DNA of 64,000 nucleotides from Flavobacteriaceae bacterium (GTDB taxonomy: Bacteria; Bacteroidota; Bacteroidia; Flavobacteriales; Flavobacteriaceae): the NCBI GenBank assembly GCA_003963025.1, contig RXJZ01000039.1:3249-67248 (forward strand), read 5' to 3'. The notes under the pieces are model-generated. The model saw only the letters and a list, made by a program, of their open reading frames with translations. It searched no databases and was not told where the DNA came from. Of this stretch, positions 30,707-41,345 are shown piece by piece (the stretch's first letter is position 1; the number at the start of each line of letters is the position of its first letter). The translations under genes and the position numbers were made by a program.

Positions 30707-31594
30707 TTATTTTAGGTCGTTGATTTTTTTTCTAGCCATTTCCTTAGCTTGTTCATCACCAACCTTTTCAATTTTTTGATAATATTTTATAGCATTTTTT
30801 TTATCAGAAAGACGTTCGTAAATCAATCCGATATTACTCAGTACAATGGTATCATTTGGATTTATTTTCTCTGCTTTTAAATAAAGTTCTAACGCTTCAT
30901 TATTTTTATTTTCAATTAAAAATGTCACGCCATAATTGGAAATTACATATAAATCATTAGGAAAAGTATCATACATTTTTTTGGCTACTTTTTTTAAATT
31001 TTCATCTGATTCGGCTTGGAAAAGCGTGTTTTGGTACCCTTGAATAGCATCAATAAAGAAATTTTCAGGATCATCTAAAATTTTATCGTTTGACCACAAC
31101 CATTTGTGTTTGATTTTATTAGAGTGATCAATTGCATTCAGTATTTGGTTACTGAATAAATCAAATTTTTCAAATTCACCCAAGGTATGAATCTTACCAA
31201 AACGTAAATCCAATCGATTCGGATATAGTGCAATAGCTTTATCGATAATACTTTGTGAAATGGCGAATAAAGAATCATTTTTAGAAACATAAGAATGCAG
31301 GTATCCTGATTTATTTCCTAAAGAATCAGTCAAAACCAATGCGTCCTGATTTTTTGTAGGCTCTTCTTTTGACAATTGAAGTAATTCTTGTTGTGATTCT
31401 CTGAAATAAAAATTAAAGGCTGCTATGAAATACTCCACATCATTTTTATTGCTTTTTTCCCATTTTTCAAGAATTTCTTTGACTTCTTTCGCATTATAAT
31501 CCTCATTGTTGAATTTAGATTGAAATTGGTTTTTAAAATTTTGTCCAACTAATGTAATTGGTAAGATTAAAAGGAGTAAAATTACTTTGTTCAT
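30707..31594 (-). CDS. Secreted TPR protein
   Basis: Signal peptide, YPNRLDLRFG and C-terminal TPRs. Confidence 0.7.
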   Translation of the reverse strand: MNKVILLLLILPITLVGQNFKNQFQSKFNNEDYNAKEVKEILEKWEKSNKNDVEYFIAAFNFYFRESQQELLQLSKEEPTKNQDALVLTDSLGNKSGYLHSYVSKNDSLFAISQSIIDKAIALYPNRLDLRFGKIHTLGEFEKFDLFSNQILNAIDHSNKIKHKWLWSNDKILDDPENFFIDAIQGYQNTLFQAESDENLKKVAKKMYDTFPNDLYVISNYGVTFLIENKNNEALELYLKAEKINPNDTIVLSNIGLIYERLSDKKNAIKYYQKIEKVGDEQAKEMARKKINDLK

Positions 31595-31604
31595 TTTTTT
31601 TAGT

Positions 31605-32519
31605 TTAAAATATGGATAATGAGGTTTCAGTCGTCAATCGCTCTAAGGTTTCTAAGCCATAAAAAGAATTTCCTTTTTTGTTTAATTTGGGACTCCAAAC
31701 GGCTACCGTGTAATGATTTGGAAAAACCGCCACAACGCCACCGCCAACACCACTTTTTCCGGGAAGCCCAACTTTAAATGTAAATTCTCCCGCTTGGTCA
31801 TAAAAACCACACATTTGCATTAAGGCGTTCATGCGTTTGCATTTGCTGGTAGAAAGGAATTTTTTATCGCTTTTTGGGATTACACCATTGTTCGCAAATA
31901 CTTGAAAACACTTGGCTAAATCAACACAAGTCATTTCAATAGAACATTGATGGTAATAAAAATCTAAAACTGCTTCGGGTTCGTTTTTGATGTTGCCAAA
32001 GGATTTGATAAAGTTTACTAAAGCTGCATTTCGGTAACCAAAAGCTTTTTCGGATTGGGCTACATTTTCGTTGTAATTGATATTTGGATTTTCGGTTAGT
32101 TCTCTTACGAAATCAAGAAGGAATGCTTTTGGATTTTCAAAATGATCTAACATCAAATCGGCAACAACCAAAGCACCAGCATTGATAAATGGATTTCTTG
32201 GAATACCATTTTCATTTTCTAATTGCACCAAAGAATTAAACGAATTTCCTGAAGGTTCATACCCTACGCGTTCCCATAAATCGTTTCCAATTTTAGAAAA
32301 TATAAGCGAAGTAGTTATGACTTTTGAAATACTCTGAATCGAAAATTTCTCCAAAGCATCGCCTTTTGTAAACACGTTTTGATGTTTATCAACTAATGCA
32401 ATTCCGAATTTATTCGCATCAACTTTTGCTAATTCTGGAATGTAATCGGCTACTTTTCCAGTGTTTTCGATTTGGATGACTTCGTTATAAATTCTCTCTA
32501 AAATATATTGGTATCCCAT
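31605..32519 (-). CDS. glsA: Glutaminase
   Basis: VADYIPELA, FSIQSISK, NPFINAGA and GLPGKSGVGG. Confidence 0.93.
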   Translation of the reverse strand: MGYQYILERIYNEVIQIENTGKVADYIPELAKVDANKFGIALVDKHQNVFTKGDALEKFSIQSISKVITTSLIFSKIGNDLWERVGYEPSGNSFNSLVQLENENGIPRNPFINAGALVVADLMLDHFENPKAFLLDFVRELTENPNINYNENVAQSEKAFGYRNAALVNFIKSFGNIKNEPEAVLDFYYHQCSIEMTCVDLAKCFQVFANNGVIPKSDKKFLSTSKCKRMNALMQMCGFYDQAGEFTFKVGLPGKSGVGGGVVAVFPNHYTVAVWSPKLNKKGNSFYGLETLERLTTETSLSIF

Positions 32520-32559
32520 GAATCTAATTTTGGTAAAAGTAATTAAAATCGGGAAAGTT

Positions 32560-32589
32560 ACAATTCATCCTCAAAAAATGACAGTTCGG
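32560..32589 (+). promoter_or_regulatory. Putative LytTR direct-repeat operator
   Basis: ACAATTCAT-N12-ACAGTTCGG fits the LytTR consensus [TA][AC][CA]GTTN[AG][TG]. Confidence 0.55.
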
Positions 32590-32677
32590 TTAGTTTCAAT
32601 TTTATGGGTGCGATTTCTGTTGCAACTTTGCTTCATCAAAATAAAACGAACAGTTTAACTATTAAACAAAATTTATC

Positions 32678-33298
32678 ATGACAAAATTAATCACTATCAT
32701 CGCTATGTTTGTCGCTTCGGTTGTGTCAGCGCAAACACAGTTTGATCAAGGAATGCAAAAAGCCTTACAAACTTGGAAAGACGGAAATTCAAAAGAAGCA
32801 TTAGTTCAATTCGAAAAAATTGCTTCGGTTGAAAAAACAAATTGGTTACCAAATTATTACATTGCTTTCATCAATACAACACAAGCTTTTGGTGAAAAAG
32901 ACAAAACTAAAATGGAATCTTTACTGAAAGCGGCTCAAAAAGCACAAGATGTTTGTAACGAGTTAGCACAAGACAATCCAGAAGTTTTAGTACTACAAGC
33001 AATGATTCACACCGCTTGGATTGTTTATGATCCAATGACTTACGGACAACAATTATCGGGAGATGTGATGTATATTTTAAACAAAGCATATAAAATTGCT
33101 CCTGAAAACCCGAGAGTTGTGTTTCAAAAGGCTTCGTTTGAAAAAGGTATGGCACAGTATTTTGGACAAGATACCCAACCAATGTGTGCCCAAATTGAAA
33201 AAGCAATCGAACTTTTTGCTACTTTTAAACCTGAATCGGCTTTGCATCCAAGTTGGGGGTTAGATAGAGCGCAAGAGGAAGTTAAGGCTTGTAAATAA
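32678..33298 (+). CDS. Secreted helical/TPR-like protein of the LytS/LytTR locus
   Basis: Signal peptide, WLPNYY, PENPR and PSWG. Confidence 0.7.
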   Translation: MTKLITIIAMFVASVVSAQTQFDQGMQKALQTWKDGNSKEALVQFEKIASVEKTNWLPNYYIAFINTTQAFGEKDKTKMESLLKAAQKAQDVCNELAQDNPEVLVLQAMIHTAWIVYDPMTYGQQLSGDVMYILNKAYKIAPENPRVVFQKASFEKGMAQYFGQDTQPMCAQIEKAIELFATFKPESALHPSWGLDRAQEEVKACK

Positions 33299-33308
33299 AA
33301 TTTTTATA

Positions 33309-34646
33309 ATGAAATATTCAAGAGAAATAGTTAAAGCAGTAGTAATTGGAATTGTAATTTTCGCAATACTTCAAGGCGTAAATATTGTAATCACTAGAAG
33401 TTTACCAAGTCTTCTTTCATTAAAATGGAATTTCATTTACACGATGTTGTATAGTGTGGTGCTTTATTTTGCTAATGCTTTAATTTTTATCCAATTAGAT
33501 AAGTATTTTGAAAAGAACAGATTTCATTTAAAACGATTAGTAATCGGATTTTTAGCTTCGTTTTTTGTGTCTGGATTTGCGATATTTCTTTTGAGAATGT
33601 TGGAAGATGTTGGGTTTGAAAACAAAACAATTCAAGAATTTATCCAAAATGAAATGCCTGCTAATTATGTTGTAGCAATGGTGATTACGATTATCGTTTC
33701 ATTGGTAGTTCATTTGATTTATTTCTACAAAGCATATCAAGAAAACAAGTTAAAAGAGCAAAAAATCATTGCAGGTACGGCTTCGGCACAGTTTGAAAGT
33801 TTAAAAAATCAAATCGATCCGCATTTTCTTTTTAATAGTTTGAATGTATTGAGTTCGTTAATCGAGGAAAATCCCGAAAGTGCTCAAAAATTCACGACTT
33901 CGCTTTCAAAGATTTATCGCTATGTTTTAGAACAAAAAGATAAAGAATTAGTTTCGGTAGCAGAAGAATTACAATTTGCCAAAACGTACATGAATTTACT
34001 AAAAATGCGATTTGAAAATAGTATCACATTTGAAATTCTTGAAGGATTTGATAATGAAGAAGCTAAAGTGGTTCCGCTATCATTACAACTATTATTAGAA
34101 AATTGCATCAAGCACAATGTAGTTAGTGAAGCAAAACCGCTACATGTAAAGATTAGTATTGAAAATGGTCAGTTAGTCATCACTAACAATCTTCAAAAGA
34201 AAGAAGTTTTACAAGACCGAAAAGGCGTAGGATTACAAAATATTGTGAATCGCTACGGAATTTTAACCAAAAGAAAAGTATTGGTAGAAGAAAACGAAAA
34301 AGAGTTCAAAGTATTGCTGCCAATTTTAACCAAACAAATAAGTATTATGGAAACAACATACAATTATAATGAACAAACGGCTTATGACAGAGCGTCAAGA
34401 AGAGTCAAAGAAATTAAAGAGTTTTATGGAAGTTTAATTTCTTATTGCATCGTAATTCCGGTTTTAGTGTTTATCAATTTTAGAACTTTTTCTGAATTTC
34501 AATGGTTTTGGTTTCCGATGTTAGGTTGGGGATTAGGATTGTTTTTTCACGGATTAAAAGTCTTTGGTTACGGAAGTTCTTGGGAAGAACGAAAAATTCA
34601 AGAGATTTTGAAAAAAGATCAAGAAAAAAGCAATAAGTGGGAATAA
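33309..34646 (+). CDS. LytS/YehU-type histidine kinase with a C-terminal 2TM domain
   Basis: QIDPHFLFNSLN, LLENCIKHN, GVGLQNI. C-terminal A.RRVKEIKEFY...WGLGL..H...WEERKI. Confidence 0.88.
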   Translation: MKYSREIVKAVVIGIVIFAILQGVNIVITRSLPSLLSLKWNFIYTMLYSVVLYFANALIFIQLDKYFEKNRFHLKRLVIGFLASFFVSGFAIFLLRMLEDVGFENKTIQEFIQNEMPANYVVAMVITIIVSLVVHLIYFYKAYQENKLKEQKIIAGTASAQFESLKNQIDPHFLFNSLNVLSSLIEENPESAQKFTTSLSKIYRYVLEQKDKELVSVAEELQFAKTYMNLLKMRFENSITFEILEGFDNEEAKVVPLSLQLLLENCIKHNVVSEAKPLHVKISIENGQLVITNNLQKKEVLQDRKGVGLQNIVNRYGILTKRKVLVEENEKEFKVLLPILTKQISIMETTYNYNEQTAYDRASRRVKEIKEFYGSLISYCIVIPVLVFINFRTFSEFQWFWFPMLGWGLGLFFHGLKVFGYGSSWEERKIQEILKKDQEKSNKWE

Positions 34647-34670
34647 TTAAGTTTTAAAAAACAAGAAATC

Positions 34671-35039
34671 ATGAGTTTACAAGATAGAATCAATAGTAGA
34701 ATGGATAAAGAAGCGTTTAAAAACTTTATTCCATCCAATGCCGAAGAAGCAAGATATTATCAAGCAGTTAAAAGAGTAAAGAAAATTAAAGGATTTTACA
34801 CGCACGCAGTTGTTTATTTGGTTATCAATATTATGATTGTGATTATCAATATTCAAAACTTGAAAGATGGTGAAAGTTATTTTCAAGCACACAATTTCTT
34901 CACTGCTTTCTTTTGGGGATTAGGATTATTTGCACATGGATTATCAGTATTTTTACCTGATTTTATAATGGGTCAAAACTGGGAAGAACGCAAGATTAAA
35001 GAATTCATGGAGAAAGAGAAAGCGAATAAGTGGGAATAA
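34671..35039 (+). CDS. 2TM domain protein
   Basis: AVKRVKKIKGFY.H...WGLGLFAH...WEERKIKE. Confidence 0.82.
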   Translation: MSLQDRINSRMDKEAFKNFIPSNAEEARYYQAVKRVKKIKGFYTHAVVYLVINIMIVIINIQNLKDGESYFQAHNFFTAFFWGLGLFAHGLSVFLPDFIMGQNWEERKIKEFMEKEKANKWE

Positions 35040-35041
35040 TC

Positions 35042-35080
35042 AAATGCTGAATATTGAACAAGGAATGTTGAATTTTGAAG
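35042..35080. repeat. Degenerate heptamer tandem repeat
   Basis: AAATGCT GAATATT GAACAAG GAATGTT GAATTTT GAAG. Confidence 0.6.
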
Positions 35081-35091
35081 TTTTTTAAACA

Positions 35092-35847
35092 ATGAACATA
35101 TTAATTATCGAAGACGAAAAACCAGCAGCACGATTGTTGCAACGCAAGGTTGAAAAATTAGGATTGCAAGTAAATATGATGTTGCATTCTGTGGAAGAAG
35201 CTATTGCATGGTTTCAAAACCATCCGCATCCTGATTTGATTTTTTTGGACATTCAATTGTCTGATGGTTTATCGTTTGAGATATTTGAGCAAATTGATAT
35301 TAAAAGCGCTATAATTTTTACAACCGCTTATGATGAATACGCTTTGCGAGCTTTCAAATTGAATAGTATTGATTATTTATTGAAACCTATAGATGAAGAA
35401 GAACTTTCAATTGCAATTTCAAAATTCAAAAATCAATTTCAAAAAAACACAATTTCAAGTTTAGATTTTGAAGCGATAAAGCGCATGTTAGTCAATCCAG
35501 TGGAAAAGGAATACAAAAAGCGTTTTTCAGTTAAAATTGGGCAACAATTAAAAGTGATTTCCATTGACGAAGTCGAATGTTTTTACAGCGAAAACAAAGG
35601 AACTTATATTCACACTTTAGACAATCGCGATTATTTAATCGATTCTACTTTAGAAGTTGTAGAAGCCGAAATCAATCCAAAAGACTTCTATCGCGTAAGC
35701 CGAAAATTCATTGTTCCATTGAAAGCGGTAAAGGAAATTCAAGTGTATTCGAATTCAAGATTAAAAATTATTCTTCCCACTTACAAAGACGATGAGGTAA
35801 TTGTAGCTAGAGAACGAGTTAGTGATTTTAAAGAGTGGATTGGGTAA
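35092..35847 (+). CDS. LytTR family response regulator
   Basis: Receiver domain (IEDE, FLDIQL, FTTAYD, LLKP) plus LytTR domain (FYRVSR). Confidence 0.93.
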   Translation: MNILIIEDEKPAARLLQRKVEKLGLQVNMMLHSVEEAIAWFQNHPHPDLIFLDIQLSDGLSFEIFEQIDIKSAIIFTTAYDEYALRAFKLNSIDYLLKPIDEEELSIAISKFKNQFQKNTISSLDFEAIKRMLVNPVEKEYKKRFSVKIGQQLKVISIDEVECFYSENKGTYIHTLDNRDYLIDSTLEVVEAEINPKDFYRVSRKFIVPLKAVKEIQVYSNSRLKIILPTYKDDEVIVARERVSDFKEWIG

Positions 35848-37134
35848 TTAAAAATTAAAATAAAAGCGCCAATACACAAAGAAACCAATTAAAATTAGGT
35901 ACAATAAACTGTTTAAACTCAATGTAATTAGAGCAAGTGTATTCCAAAGTTTTTCTTTGATCAGTTTTAAATTGAATCGAATTAACGGAATTATGACTAT
36001 TAAAAGCACATAAGGTAAATAAGAAGTCAAGTTTACTAAAATATTTGAGTAGCTTTTATAAGGTGAATCAAAATAGAAAATATTCATATTTGTACTTAAA
36101 ACAAACATGTAGTAGAATAAAATGAGTCCAAATGGAATTAAAAGCAATTTGATACTATTGAACTTATTGGTTTTTCTATTTTTTATATAATTTACAAAAA
36201 AGTAAACCGAACTCATAAAAAAGAATAATCCACAAAACACTAAAAATAGACGTAAAATATCATTGTTATGAGGTATTTGGTATGAAGCTAATTTTTCAAA
36301 TTCATCATTTTTTGGGAATAAAGAATCTACTTTTAGGATGTGATTCCCTTTAGCTAATTCCTCTTTAATATTGAATTGAATAGTTTTATCATATTTATGA
36401 TAGAAATATAAATTCACGGTTCCATTAGTGTTATCCCAAATTGAAGTTAATAGTGTTCCATCACCAATTTTTTCTCTGCAAACATGCATGGTATCGGATA
36501 ATTTTCGGCAAAATTCCAAATCAGTTTCTAATTTGTTATTCAAGAATATTACACCATTTTGATAGCGTTCTAATTTAAAAGCTTCTTCTTTTGAAGTTAT
36601 TGACGGACAAAAATTAGATAAAACATAACTTGCCTCATTGCCCGAAATGATTTTGTAAGGTTCCACCACAATGTATTTTCCAGATTTATCAACGTAAATG
36701 AAAACGTCTTCTATAAAATAACTATGATCATATTTTCCAATATATTTTTTTACATCTTCAACAGTTTTGCAAGTATGAAGAATGTCTTTTAGATATTGCG
36801 TTGGATTCGTTATTTTAAGTCGGTTTTTGAAATTAGAATTATAGTTTTCAGGATGATACGATGCTAATCTTGAAAATACTAATCCATGCTCATTCATTCC
36901 GGATTGTGGTGCATAACCATATGTTCCATCAAAACGCGAACCCGTAAAAGCGGCACCAAAAGGAGCTTTTTTATTCCCAATTTCAAACCAAATATGAGGT
37001 GTTGTTCTCCAAGCATCTTCGTTACAACCTACCATTGTTTTACCATTTTTGGTCACTTTGTACATGCTACAAGGCTTACCAAAATTCACTGATAAAATAA
37101 ATAGTAAGGTAAGAAGAATTTTGACGTTTTTCAT
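35848..37134 (-). CDS. Membrane-anchored Ntn-hydrolase (choloylglycine hydrolase/AAT-like)
   Basis: Signal peptide, then CSMYKVT....MVGCNED, GMNEHGL and about 4 C-terminal TM helices. Confidence 0.6.
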   Translation of the reverse strand: MKNVKILLTLLFILSVNFGKPCSMYKVTKNGKTMVGCNEDAWRTTPHIWFEIGNKKAPFGAAFTGSRFDGTYGYAPQSGMNEHGLVFSRLASYHPENYNSNFKNRLKITNPTQYLKDILHTCKTVEDVKKYIGKYDHSYFIEDVFIYVDKSGKYIVVEPYKIISGNEASYVLSNFCPSITSKEEAFKLERYQNGVIFLNNKLETDLEFCRKLSDTMHVCREKIGDGTLLTSIWDNTNGTVNLYFYHKYDKTIQFNIKEELAKGNHILKVDSLFPKNDEFEKLASYQIPHNNDILRLFLVFCGLFFFMSSVYFFVNYIKNRKTNKFNSIKLLLIPFGLILFYYMFVLSTNMNIFYFDSPYKSYSNILVNLTSYLPYVLLIVIIPLIRFNLKLIKEKLWNTLALITLSLNSLLYLILIGFFVYWRFYFNF

Positions 37135-37235
37135 ACAAATGACATTTGGGTCAATTATAAAACGATTGAACAATAAAAATGTTACATCTTGTTGTATGAT
37201 TTAATTAGAAAACAATTTATTTGTTCGTTTATTTT

Positions 37236-37916
37236 CTATTTTAAACCCAAAAGATTGATTTTATTTCCAATAGTAATTTTTTTCATTTCAGTTTCAAGTT
37301 GGTTAAATTCTGATTTTACAACTCTTTTAGAAATGACATTGTTTTCTAGAATTAGAATTTCATCACAAGTATCATTTAACGTTGAAAATATGTGTGAAGA
37401 AATTAGTACAGTTTTTCCAAGTTCTTTTAATTTATGAATAATCTCTGTAATGATGATATTGCTTTGAATATCCACACCATTAAAAGGTTCGTCTAAAATG
37501 AAAAAGTTGTTTTCTTGAAGTAAAATAGCAGTTAGTGCTAATTTCTTTTTCATTCCAGTAGAATATTTTGAAGCGTATTCATTTAATGGTAAATCAAAAA
37601 CATTGCTTTTTTCGAAGTCAATTGTATCAATATTTCTGGCATTACATAAAAGTTGAATGTATTCTTTTCCAGTTATTTTTGAAAAAAAATAAGGTTCGGT
37701 TACCAATAATCCTAAATGATTTTTTAACAATGGTAAGTCTGATTTTATTTCGCCTTCATATGTTTCTAAACCTGCTATACAATTAAATAAAGTGGTTTTC
37801 CCAGCTCCATTTTCTCCAACTAAACCATATACTTTTCCGCTTTCAAAAAATAAGTTTATTGAATTTAGTACTACTTTGTTACCATATTTTTTGGATACAT
37901 TTTCAATTTGAATCAT
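37236..37916 (-). CDS. ABC transporter ATP-binding protein
   Basis: GENGAGKTT, YSTGMKKK and LDEPFNG. Confidence 0.9.
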   Translation of the reverse strand: MIQIENVSKKYGNKVVLNSINLFFESGKVYGLVGENGAGKTTLFNCIAGLETYEGEIKSDLPLLKNHLGLLVTEPYFFSKITGKEYIQLLCNARNIDTIDFEKSNVFDLPLNEYASKYSTGMKKKLALTAILLQENNFFILDEPFNGVDIQSNIIITEIIHKLKELGKTVLISSHIFSTLNDTCDEILILENNVISKRVVKSEFNQLETEMKKITIGNKINLLGLK

Positions 37917-38830
37917 TTTAGTAGAGGTTTGAGTTGTTTTAAAGATTGAAAATAAAAATAAGGAATAACAATAACTAACATCGGTGGAAAATAAATACTA
38001 AACGCGATAAGCACACCTTGAATAATATTCATTTTATCTGGATATGCGGCATATTTCGCTAAGATAATTGTTATTAGGAACACATAACCGACGAAAACAA
38101 AACTTAAAATCGTAATGAAATTATCATAAAAGTAGATTCCTAATACAATTGTAATTGGAAGTGTTAGGTATGAACTATAGATTATAGAAGTTTTAATTTT
38201 TTGAATCAAAAACATTTTTGGGTTCAAATTGTAGTTCCATACAAAAAAAGAGGGTTCGGGTATGGAATAATAGCTAAAAACAAACAGAAAAACGGATATT
38301 ATTGATGCAATTCCAAGATTAAGATTGTTGACTTCAATAGCTTTAAATGTTATGAATAGCGAAATAAGGAAAATATAAAAAGTATTTCTAAACCCAATTG
38401 TGAATTCAAATGGCTGTTTTGAGAAAGGTGTTGGAATAGTTACATTATATCCCGATTTCAGATTAATAAATCCTAAAATAATTCCAATGATTAAAAAAAC
38501 AGGAATGAATTGAAAATCTTTTAGATAGATTAAAAAACCATTAAAAGGCAAAGCAATTAAAATGTTTTCAATGACTCTTATTGATTTGTAATCTGAAGCT
38601 TTAAAGCAATATTTTAAAAATTTATTTCGAGATACATCACTTAGTTTTAAAACTAATGTCAAATACAATAGTAAGTAGGCATATGACGCATAATCTACTT
38701 TTTCAAAAAGGGTTTTAGATCCAAAAATGAAAGCGCAAATTAGAATTAAATAACCTAAAATTACAGACATTCCATATTCAATAAATGAGCGATTTATCAT
38801 TTTATATTGAAGATGGAAATAGTATTTCAT
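37913..38830 (-). CDS. Putative ABC transporter permease
   Basis: Multi-TM protein overlapping the ATPase start by 4 bp. Confidence 0.7.
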   Translation of the reverse strand: MKYYFHLQYKMINRSFIEYGMSVILGYLILICAFIFGSKTLFEKVDYASYAYLLLYLTLVLKLSDVSRNKFLKYCFKASDYKSIRVIENILIALPFNGFLIYLKDFQFIPVFLIIGIILGFINLKSGYNVTIPTPFSKQPFEFTIGFRNTFYIFLISLFITFKAIEVNNLNLGIASIISVFLFVFSYYSIPEPSFFVWNYNLNPKMFLIQKIKTSIIYSSYLTLPITIVLGIYFYDNFITILSFVFVGYVFLITIILAKYAAYPDKMNIIQGVLIAFSIYFPPMLVIVIPYFYFQSLKQLKPLLK

Positions 38831-39849
38831 TATTTACTAAATCTATGCAACGTAAAGGTCATCGCTGTTAATAAAAAGAACGCCATAATTTGATGTGCCA
38901 ATCCTAACCAAAGCGGCACGTGGAACAATAAGGTGAAAACTCCTAATAGGAATTGGATAAATACAAAAACCAACAACGTTTTAACTCCGTTATCTTGTGT
39001 TTTGTCCAATACAAATTTTCTGCTTTTTATGAATAAGAAAATTATCATTCCAACCACAACATAAGCGAATGTTCTATGTATGAATTGCACACCGCTTTTG
39101 CCTTCTGTAAATGCTAAAAGTAAGTTTGATTGTTCTAACTGAATACTATCATGGAAGAATTGTCCGTCGCTCATTAAAGGCCAATGATTGTGAATTAAAC
39201 CAGCATTTAAACCAGCAACAAATCCACCATAAATAATTTGAATGATTAGGATTACTAAAGCAATTCTGGCAATTTTTCGCAATTCTAAAACAGGTAATTT
39301 TCTTTCTGGATAGATTAAATCTAAAGCAACCCAAAGCGTGTAAGCAAACGTAATAAAAGCAAATGTTAAGTGAATGGCTAATCTGAAATGACTCACATCG
39401 GGCATATCTTTTAAACCACTGGCTACCATGAACCAACCTAAAAATCCTTGAAAAGCGCCCATTCCCAATAGAATGAAACATTTTTTAATGGTTTCGTTAT
39501 CTAATTTCTTTTTGATTAAAAAGTATACAAAAGGAATAATGAAAACCACACCAATAATACGGCCAATAAAACGGTGGAACCATTCCCAAAAGAAAATGAA
39601 TTTATAATCGTCTAATTGAAAATCTTTATGTTTATTGATTAATTGATATTCAGGAAATTTCTTGTATTCTTCAAATGCTTCCACCCATTTTTCTTCTGAC
39701 ATAGGAGGGAAGGTATCGTTGATTAAATGCCAATCGGTCATCGATAAACCGGAGTTGGTTAAACGCGTAATTCCACCAACCGTTACCATGATAAATAACA
39801 AAACACATCCCGAAAGTAGCCAATAAATGACTGATTTATTTGTTTTCAT
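38830..39849 (-). CDS. ctaA: Heme A synthase COX15/CtaA
   Basis: GGITRLTNSGLS, WEWFHR, RLAIHL, QFIHR and LAHQ. Confidence 0.9.
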   Translation of the reverse strand: MKTNKSVIYWLLSGCVLLFIMVTVGGITRLTNSGLSMTDWHLINDTFPPMSEEKWVEAFEEYKKFPEYQLINKHKDFQLDDYKFIFFWEWFHRFIGRIIGVVFIIPFVYFLIKKKLDNETIKKCFILLGMGAFQGFLGWFMVASGLKDMPDVSHFRLAIHLTFAFITFAYTLWVALDLIYPERKLPVLELRKIARIALVILIIQIIYGGFVAGLNAGLIHNHWPLMSDGQFFHDSIQLEQSNLLLAFTEGKSGVQFIHRTFAYVVVGMIIFLFIKSRKFVLDKTQDNGVKTLLVFVFIQFLLGVFTLLFHVPLWLGLAHQIMAFFLLTAMTFTLHRFSK

Positions 39850-39923
39850 TTTTCTTGATATTCAAAAAGCACCTCAAATTTACATAATGTGTATTTGAAA
39901 AGTGCTTTAACAGATTATAATTT

Positions 39924-41339
39924 TTATACTTTTTTCAATCCCATTTTTGAAGCTTTGTTCAAGACAAAATCCTTAGCAGCTTCGTATTCGTTTGGAATTT
40001 CGCCTTCTAAAATAGCTTCTTTAACCGCTTCTTTTAGAACTCCAATTTCTCTACAAGGTTTTAAACCAAATAATTCCATAATTTCTTCCCCAGAAATAGG
40101 TGGTTGGAAAACACGAACTCTATCTTTTTCTTCTACTTCTACAATTTTTTCTTTTACGATGTCGAAATTCTTGTGGTATTTCTGAAATTTCTTTGGATTT
40201 TTAGTCGTGATGTCGGCTTTACACAAGGTCATCAAACTATCAATGTCTTCACCTGCATCAAAAACCAAACGACGAACTGCACTATCGGTAACGATGTCCT
40301 CAGCAATTACAATTGGTCGCGAACTCATCGTAACCATTTTTTGCACGAATTTCATCTTATGATTCAACGGCATGTGCAAACGTTCAAATATTTTTTTGAC
40401 CATTTTTCCGCCTAAAAATTCATGTCCGTGAAACGTCCAACCTTGTTTTTTGTTGAATCTTTTGGTTGGTGCTTTTCCAATATCGTGTAACAATGCCGAC
40501 CAACGCAACCAAACATCATCCGTATTCGGACAAATATTATCTACAACTTCTAGCGTGTGATAAAAATTGTTTTTGTGTGTGTGACCCTCAACTTCTTCGA
40601 CATTATTTAAGGCCGTAAGTTCTGGTAAAATAATATCTAATAAACCTGTTTGGTACAAATGTAAAAATCCAATGGAAGGTTTTTCAGAAGCTAAAATTTT
40701 ATGCAATTCATCCACAATTCGTTCACCTGAAATGATGTTGATTCTATCTTTATTTTTGGAAATCGCCTCTAAAGATTCCGATTCGATTTCGAAATTCAAT
40801 TGCGTAGCAAAACGAATCGCACGCATCATTCGCAATGGATCATCGGAATACGTAATATCTGGATTTAAAGGTGTTTTGATGATTTTGTTTTTCAAATCTT
40901 CTACACCATTAAAAGGATCAACTAAATCACCAAAGTTTTCAGAATTCAATGAAAAAGCTAAGGCATTTATCGTGAAATCACGTCTTTCTTGGTCGTCTTT
41001 TAAGGTTCCGTTTTCCACTAATGGATTTCGGCTATCGTGTGTATACGATTCTTTTCGAGCACCCACAAATTCCACATCAATATCATCGTAGCGTAACATG
41101 GCAGTTCCGTAGTTTTTGAAAACTTGTACTTTTGGATGAAACGGAATTAACTCGGAAACCTTCAAAGCCAATTCAATTCCGCTACCAACGGCAACGATAT
41201 CGATGTCTTTTTTGTGGTTTCTGTTGAGTACTATATCGCGAACAAAACCACCAATCACATAGCATTCCAAGTTGAGTTCTTGTGCTGCTTGCGAAATGAT
41301 TTTGAAGATGTTATGTTCTAAATGTTGTTTGTAATTCAT
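39924..41339 (-). CDS. cca: CCA tRNA nucleotidyltransferase with HD domain
   Basis: GGFVRD..DIDI, RRDFTINA, DDPLRMMRA and LLHDIGK. Start set at MNYKQ (41339). Confidence 0.88.
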   Translation of the reverse strand: MNYKQHLEHNIFKIISQAAQELNLECYVIGGFVRDIVLNRNHKKDIDIVAVGSGIELALKVSELIPFHPKVQVFKNYGTAMLRYDDIDVEFVGARKESYTHDSRNPLVENGTLKDDQERRDFTINALAFSLNSENFGDLVDPFNGVEDLKNKIIKTPLNPDITYSDDPLRMMRAIRFATQLNFEIESESLEAISKNKDRINIISGERIVDELHKILASEKPSIGFLHLYQTGLLDIILPELTALNNVEEVEGHTHKNNFYHTLEVVDNICPNTDDVWLRWSALLHDIGKAPTKRFNKKQGWTFHGHEFLGGKMVKKIFERLHMPLNHKMKFVQKMVTMSSRPIVIAEDIVTDSAVRRLVFDAGEDIDSLMTLCKADITTKNPKKFQKYHKNFDIVKEKIVEVEEKDRVRVFQPPISGEEIMELFGLKPCREIGVLKEAVKEAILEGEIPNEYEAAKDFVLNKASKMGLKKV

Positions 41340-41345
41340 GTTATT

